Source of the DNA: an archaeon
GTDB lineage: Archaea; Iainarchaeota; Iainarchaeia; Iainarchaeales; JAAZKV01
Reading direction: 5' to 3'
DNA length: 64,000 nucleotides
Assembly (NCBI GenBank): GCA_041664905.1
Contig: JBAYJX010000001.1
Location: forward strand, 3,063-67,062
Shown piece after piece: positions 58,987-64,000 of this stretch. The notes under the pieces were generated by a model. The model made no database searches and was not told the DNA's origin. It saw only the letters and a list, made by a program, of their open reading frames with translations. The translations under genes and the position numbers were made by a program. Every line of letters starts with the position of its first letter. Position 1 is the stretch's first letter.

Positions 58987-59958
58987 TTTAAATGGTTCGT
59001 TTACTTCTAACCCCTCAATTTCTTTCCAAATCTGTTCTTTTAATGGAATTTCTCCAGTTTCTATAAAATACTTACAACGCATAATATTTTTAGGGTTTGC
59101 ACAGCCCACTAAAGACAAAAATCTTCGTACTTCTTCTTGTTTTTGAATACGTACATTCACATCACTTTTTGAGGGAGTAAAACCAACTTTTCGCAATAAC
59201 TCACAAATATTGCATCTAATGTCTGAAGATTCCGTTTGAAACTCTATTATTGCACGTTTGTAGTTCTTTTGTTTTTGATAAATCCCGCCATCAGTATCCA
59301 AGAGCCCCCTTAACGCCCCACAAGCATACTCCTCTTTTTCAAAAATCCAACGGGGCAAAGAACTTTTATTTTTTATTTTATCACCAATCATAAATCCATT
59401 GGCCCGAAAATATTTCACAAATTCCACCGAATTAATTAGAAGATTCGTGGCTTTACATCGTTTAGAATTATAAGTACATGCTTTTAGCCCAAATAATTTT
59501 TGTATTTTACCTGAAATATATTTGTGATGCGCTTTTTCATAAAGGTTACCGGTTATTGTTATTGTTTTCGGGTTTAGATTACCATCGCCCAAAATCACAC
59601 CAAAAACTTCTGCCAAACCCTCACTTTTTGTAGGAACTACAAGCACCTTCTTGTTTTTACCGCCCGCCTTCTTTTGGCCCCAATTCTTGACAAGCACTTT
59701 GTCGACCCATTGACTCTGAATTATTTCCCAACTTTCAAAGGGCACTTTATCTAAAAGATTTTTCGCACAACTTAAAGGAACTGTACTGACTTCTGTAGCC
59801 CAATCAACTCTTAGGGTGTGTTCCGATAAGTTCACGAACTCAGCTAATCTTTGCCAAGTTAACCCGCTCTTTTGTTTTATTTGTTTAATAAACTCTTTTT
59901 GCATTCCACTTTTGAATTTTAATCGTTCTTCTCTTATTTGCTCATACTGCTTACGCAT
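58972..59958 (-). mobile_element. free-standing double-motif LAGLIDADG homing endonuclease with N-terminal HTH; 3' end overlaps tRNA-Gly
   Basis: LAEVFGVILGDG and ALRGLLDTDG motifs; LTWQRLAEFVNLSEHTL HTH; no intein or intron boundaries seen. Confidence 0.88.
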
Positions 59959-60070
59959 AAATTAGCCATTCTATTTTTGACTTTAAATCTCTTATGTAAC
60001 CTTCATGCCGACCTTGAGAAATCCAATTAAGCAGTTTTTTAAATAAAACGCAAGAGTTTTTTATTAACGA

Positions 60071-60161
60071 GCGCTAGGTAGTAGCCACTACTGTGCTACT
60101 GAAAGTAGCCATTTTTTAGTGCACGTTTCTCAGCAAAACCCAAGTTTTGCGAGGAAAGTGC
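60071..60161 (+). other. GC-richer structured element (three-way junction plus long hairpin) abutting tRNA-Cys
   Basis: stems GTAGT/ACTAC, GCTACT/AGTAGC, GCGCTA/TAGTGC, GCAAAAC/GTTTTGC, GCAC/GTGC. Confidence 0.45.
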
Positions 60162-60230
60162 AGGGTTAGCAAAGCGGTTATGCATTCCCCTGCAGAGGGA
60201 ATTAGGGGGGTTCAACTCCCTCACCCTGCT
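60160..60230 (+). tRNA. tRNA-Cys(GCA)
   Basis: GCAGGGT/ACCCTGC + U73; TTCCC-CTGCAGA-GGGAA; TTCAACT T-loop. Confidence 0.93.
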
Positions 60231-60256
60231 TTTAATAATAGTCAAGTGAATCAAAA

Positions 60257-60463
60257 ATGGAACTCAAACTTGGTAAATATCGCCACTACAAGGGCAAAGA
60301 GTGTGAAGTGATTGGAGTGGCTAGACATAGTGAGACCTTGGAAGAAATGGTTGTTTATCGAGAACTAAAAGAAAACGAGCTTTGGGTTAGACCACTAGCA
60401 ATGTTTAAAGAAAAAGTTATTGTAAATGGAAAAGAAGTTAATAGATTTGAGTTTCACGAATAA
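60257..60463 (+). CDS. DUF1653 family protein
   Basis: GKYRHYKG..ARHSETLEEMVVYR..LWVRPLAMF..RF. Confidence 0.92.
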   Translation: MELKLGKYRHYKGKECEVIGVARHSETLEEMVVYRELKENELWVRPLAMFKEKVIVNGKEVNRFEFHE

Positions 60464-60505
60464 TATTTGATTTAATTAAAGTAATTTTTAAAACTAATTT
60501 ATTTT

Positions 60506-61384
60506 CTACATTAATGTCATTGCAAGTAACAAACTTGCGCCTATTGCAATTAGTGCTCCAACGCATTGGTGAGGAGTAATTTTTTCTTTGTTAATTAATA
60601 CCCCAAGAACTATTGCTATTACAGGGTAACTTTCGGTGATTGCGGTTATTACCCCAATATTATAGGATGAAGTTGCCACTGCATAAAATAACCAAGCAGC
60701 CGTATCAAAAACTGCCATACCCAAAACAAGTAGTTTATATTTTTTTATATTTACAAGAGAATTTCTTAGTTTTCCTTGTTTTACTAAAAAAATAAAACAA
60801 ACTATCCCAGTAACTAAAAAAGGAAACCAAACAGCCATTATTGGAGAAATTTGTCGAGAAGATAACGCAGTAAAAGAATTAATTAAACCCATTCCGACAG
60901 CTGCAACTATTCCCAAAATTACCCCTTTCTCAATTCGCTGGAAAGGATTACTTACTTTTTTTGAGCCACTCCCAACAGCCATTAATAATATTCCAAAAAA
61001 TATTGGGGCGACAAGCAATAGTTGCCAAATAGAAAGAACCTCACTAAACAAAACAAACCCCAAAACAATTGTTACAGGCAACTCAAACTCAATTACCACT
61101 TCAACAACAGAAATTTTTCCTTTTTTGAATGCTTCAAAAGTAAACATTGCCCCAACAAAAGTAATTATTCCCAAAAGCAACAAAACTAATAAATTTTCTA
61201 ATGAAAAAAGGAGGTTTAAATCGTTTAAAACAAAAGGAAATAAACAAATAGCTCCAACAAAACACAAAAAAGCAAGTGCTTCTAAATCACCTATCTTTCT
61301 TACTGCTTTTTGGATTAAAAAATCTCCAAAACCCCAAAAAACCATTGCTGCAAAAGCAGCTAATAATACCAGTTCAAAAGCCAT
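60506..61384 (-). CDS. EamA/DMT family transporter
   Basis: about 10 TMs in two repeats, FWGFGDF, YP..LG...KEK. Confidence 0.88.
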   Translation of the reverse strand: MAFELVLLAAFAAMVFWGFGDFLIQKAVRKIGDLEALAFLCFVGAICLFPFVLNDLNLLFSLENLLVLLLLGIITFVGAMFTFEAFKKGKISVVEVVIEFELPVTIVLGFVLFSEVLSIWQLLLVAPIFFGILLMAVGSGSKKVSNPFQRIEKGVILGIVAAVGMGLINSFTALSSRQISPIMAVWFPFLVTGIVCFIFLVKQGKLRNSLVNIKKYKLLVLGMAVFDTAAWLFYAVATSSYNIGVITAITESYPVIAIVLGVLINKEKITPHQCVGALIAIGASLLLAMTLM

Positions 61385-61575
61385 AATAGTAAAATGATTT
61401 TCTTATTTAAATACCCTGCTGAAAAACCAAAAAACAATGAATAGAATGCCGGAAAATCCAGGAAGCTAGTCAAATGCGGAGCACCTAACTTAAGCTTTAT
61501 AAAGGTTTTCTTAGGCAATTATTTAGAAATGGCTAAAACTTATTTTTAGCATTATATTTATACTGGTGAGTAAAA

Positions 61576-62403
61576 ATGGGAATTAGACCTGCACAATGTT
61601 ATAGAAGCCCAAGACACGGCGTAAGACTACGAAAAGGCTCAGGCAGATTCGCAAGAGTAAAGAAACAACAAAGAGCTTACACTAGAATTGCTATTAATGT
61701 TCCCGATAAGAACTATATCGGAGCAGCACCACAATTAAAAATAAGACAATTCAACATGGGAAACCCATTACTAAAATATGACACAGTTGCTGATTTACTT
61801 GTAAAAGATTCTATTGATATTAGAGACAATGCTATTGAAAGTGTTAGATCCACTGTTAATAGAAAATTGTCAAAAGACTTAGGAAAAGACGCTTACTTCA
61901 TGAAAGTAAGAGTTTATCCATCACACTTAATTAGAGAAAACAAACAAGCCCAAGGAGCTGGAGCTGATCGTGTATCACAAGGAATGACACTAGCTTTTGG
62001 AGTACCAATTGGAAGAATGGCAAGAGTAAACTCAGGCCAAGTAATGCTTAGCGTATTATGCATGAAAGAACAAAAAGAAACTGTTAAAACTGCTTTAATG
62101 AGAGCAAACGCAAAATTCCCATGCAAAGTAGAAGTAAAATTCCATACTGACATTAAAAGTTTAGGAACACTTCCTTCAAAAGCAATCGAAGAACTTATTA
62201 TTGAAGTTAAGAAAGAAGAAGTTGCACCAGGAACAGAAGGAGCAGCCGCAGCACCCGGAACAGAAGCTGCCAAAGCAGGCGCAGTTGCAGCAGGCGGAAA
62301 AACACCTGCCGCAGGAACAGCACCCGCAGCCGGAGCAAAAGCACCAGCAGCAGGTTCAGGAAAAGCTGGACAAGCACCAGCAAAACCAGCTGGAAAAAAG
62401 TAA
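61576..62403 (+). CDS. rpl10e: 50S ribosomal protein L10e (uL16) with basic N-terminal insert and Ala/Pro/Gly-rich tail
   Basis: RPAQCYR, AYTR, RVYP..IRENK..GAGADRVSQGM..AFG.PIG..ARV. Confidence 0.95.
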   Translation: MGIRPAQCYRSPRHGVRLRKGSGRFARVKKQQRAYTRIAINVPDKNYIGAAPQLKIRQFNMGNPLLKYDTVADLLVKDSIDIRDNAIESVRSTVNRKLSKDLGKDAYFMKVRVYPSHLIRENKQAQGAGADRVSQGMTLAFGVPIGRMARVNSGQVMLSVLCMKEQKETVKTALMRANAKFPCKVEVKFHTDIKSLGTLPSKAIEELIIEVKKEEVAPGTEGAAAAPGTEAAKAGAVAAGGKTPAAGTAPAAGAKAPAAGSGKAGQAPAKPAGKK

Positions 62404-62513
62404 AAGAAATTCTACTTTATTTGATGAACACGAAAGTGTTCATCACAAATTTTTTTTAATTAAAATAAGCAAAAGCTTAGTTCACTTTTTTTATTAAATA
62501 AAATTCGAAACAA

Positions 62514-63125
62514 TTACTTTAACCCAGCTTCAATTGAATCAACATCTTCAGCAGAAACTATTTCAAAACCATCGCCATCGTATTCTAACTCAAACAAAGC
62601 ACAATCCTTTATCCCACTTATTTCAAAACCCAGTATTTCTCTAAAAATAACTGTAATTGGACCACCGTGAGTAACAAAAGCAATTGATTCTGTTTCATTG
62701 GCAAACTCTTCTTCAACAATCTCATTAAACGCATCAATTACTCTTTTGCAAAAAGCAAAATACTCTTCACTCCCTTGAACATGATGATAAGGATTCGTTG
62801 CTTCAAGCTCTTCTACTTCATCAGGAAATTCTTTTTTAGCATCCGCTTTAATCATCCCAGTCATTACCCCATACTGGTTTCTTTCCCTAATATTTGCTAC
62901 ACTTATTACTTTAGCAGGAATAATTTTTGAAAGAATTGCCGTAGTTTCAATCGCCCTAATTTTTGGGCTAGTAAAGAAAGTACTTATTTCACTATCTTCT
63001 AGTTTTCCAGCAAGTTCAGTAGCTTGTTTCTTTCCTTTTGGAGAAAGGTGATCATCAAAGTCCCCCCCATAACGCACTTCAACGTCCCCAGTAGTTTCGC
63101 CATGCCTTAAGAGAAAAACTCGCAT
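62514..63125 (-). CDS. histidine phosphatase (PGM family)
   Basis: LRHGET, SP..RA.ET, RE, VTHGG; start refined to MRVFL. Confidence 0.92.
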   Translation of the reverse strand: MRVFLLRHGETTGDVEVRYGGDFDDHLSPKGKKQATELAGKLEDSEISTFFTSPKIRAIETTAILSKIIPAKVISVANIRERNQYGVMTGMIKADAKKEFPDEVEELEATNPYHHVQGSEEYFAFCKRVIDAFNEIVEEEFANETESIAFVTHGGPITVIFREILGFEISGIKDCALFELEYDGDGFEIVSAEDVDSIEAGLK

Positions 63126-63231
63126 AAAATCACACAGACAAAATAATTCCAAAACTTTATAATTGTGCCCAAAATGAGAAAATTTCACTAAAAATTAGAA
63201 AAATGGCTTAAGTGAATTAAATTAGTATTAA

Positions 63232-63933
63232 TTATTCTCCTCCAAAGTAAACTTCTCTGAGCTTTTTGTTTTTCATAATTGATTTGTCGCCTTGTAAAGC
63301 AATTCTTCCTGATTCTAATACAAATGTTTTGTCAGCCATCCCTACAGCTTTTTTTGCATTCTGCTCAACAATAACAATCCCCACACCTTCTTTATTTATC
63401 TCGCGTATTTTTTCAAACACTTCATTCATTGCTTTTGGACTCAAACCCAAAGAAGGTTCATCTAAGAGAAGCATTTCGGGGTCTTGAATTAGAGCACGAG
63501 CAAGCGCAAGTAATTGTTGTTGCCCGCCAGAAAGAGTAAAAGCGTAATCGTTTTGCTTTTGCTTAAGCATTGGAAATTTATTAAACACATCAGCAAGGTT
63601 TCTTTTCACAAGCTCTTTATCATTAAAAGAAAAAGCCCCCATCTCAAGGTTTTCTTTAACAGTCAAATCAGAAAACACTTGTCTACCTTGAGGAACATAA
63701 CTAATCCCTTCCCTAATCAACTCAAAAGAAGGTAGTTTTGTAATATCTTTATCTTTGAACATTATTTTTCCGCTAGAAATATCACACAAATTAAAAATAC
63801 TTTTTAGCAAAGTGCTTTTACCACAACCATTAGGCCCAATAATTGCAGTAACCCCATTATCTGCAACCAACTCAATTCCGTGAAGAACCTCGGAACCACC
63901 ATAGCCTGATTTTAAATTAGAAATTTTTAACAT
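63232..63933 (-). CDS. livF: branched-chain amino acid ABC ATPase (LivF-like)
   Basis: GPNGCGKST, VPQGRQVF, LSGGQQQ, LLDEPSLGLSP, VEQNA. Confidence 0.9.
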   Translation of the reverse strand: MLKISNLKSGYGGSEVLHGIELVADNGVTAIIGPNGCGKSTLLKSIFNLCDISSGKIMFKDKDITKLPSFELIREGISYVPQGRQVFSDLTVKENLEMGAFSFNDKELVKRNLADVFNKFPMLKQKQNDYAFTLSGGQQQLLALARALIQDPEMLLLDEPSLGLSPKAMNEVFEKIREINKEGVGIVIVEQNAKKAVGMADKTFVLESGRIALQGDKSIMKNKKLREVYFGGE

Positions 63934-64000
63934 AGAAAAATAAGGGCGAAAGACATATTTATTCCTTCGCCCAAGTTGAAATTAGTTTACTTCGTAAGGA

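Noticed and set aside
58972..59958. intein or tRNA-intron location for the LAGLIDADG ORF
   Set aside because: No Cys/Ser start or His-Asn end, no host extein, and the tRNA is contiguous downstream rather than interrupted.
60001..60015. weak similarity (TTCATGCCGACCT) to the tRNA-Gly 3' flank (TTCATATGCGACCT) as a direct repeat bounding the endonuclease
   Set aside because: Short and gapped; not distinguishable from chance.
666..63735. many short antisense or alternate-frame ORFs in the track
   Set aside because: They overlap well-supported genes and show shadow-ORF composition (Phe/Ser/Leu-rich) without motifs.
1..64000. CRISPR array, cas genes, rRNA, transposase or integrase
   Set aside because: No regularly spaced repeats, long GC-rich RNA tracts or matching protein motifs were seen.

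Overview
AT-rich archaeal chromosome segment. Informational genes are archaeal (MCM, topo VI A/B, exosome, proteasome alpha, aIF1A/aIF2beta/aIF5A, eL15/eL43/uL16, RpoP) with GGTGA-type SD motifs. Compact spacing, a split gene and many orphans point to a DPANN archaeon, possibly Iainarchaeota/Diapherotrites (inference). Left to right: trpEGD-trpS; a tandem paralogous PD-(D/E)xK-like pair; serS; the exosome/proteasome/RNase P superoperon; a MinD/Sm cluster separated from a large coiled-coil gene by a Gtr-like glycosylation island; tRNA-thiolation genes; MCM and presenilin; aIF2beta-aIF1A-Rio1-KH-top6BA; Mre11; an accessory block (viperin-like radical SAM, APH kinase, Bro-N pseudogene, AKR, Fic); and a tRNA locus. 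Main observations: (1) a free-standing double-LAGLIDADG ORF whose last four codons and stop codon are the first 15 nt of tRNA-Gly(CCC), followed by an orphan tRNA 3' fragment; (2) ThiI split into two complementary genes about 14 kb apart; (3) Arg/Lys-rich orphan enzymes inserted singly into conserved operons; (4) a MinD + roadblock-like + coiled-coil candidate polarity module; (5) genes missed by the ORF track (rpoP, a frameshifted gene, a probable ATA-start gene, a Bro-N pseudogene). All calls come from motifs read by eye; no searches were run.
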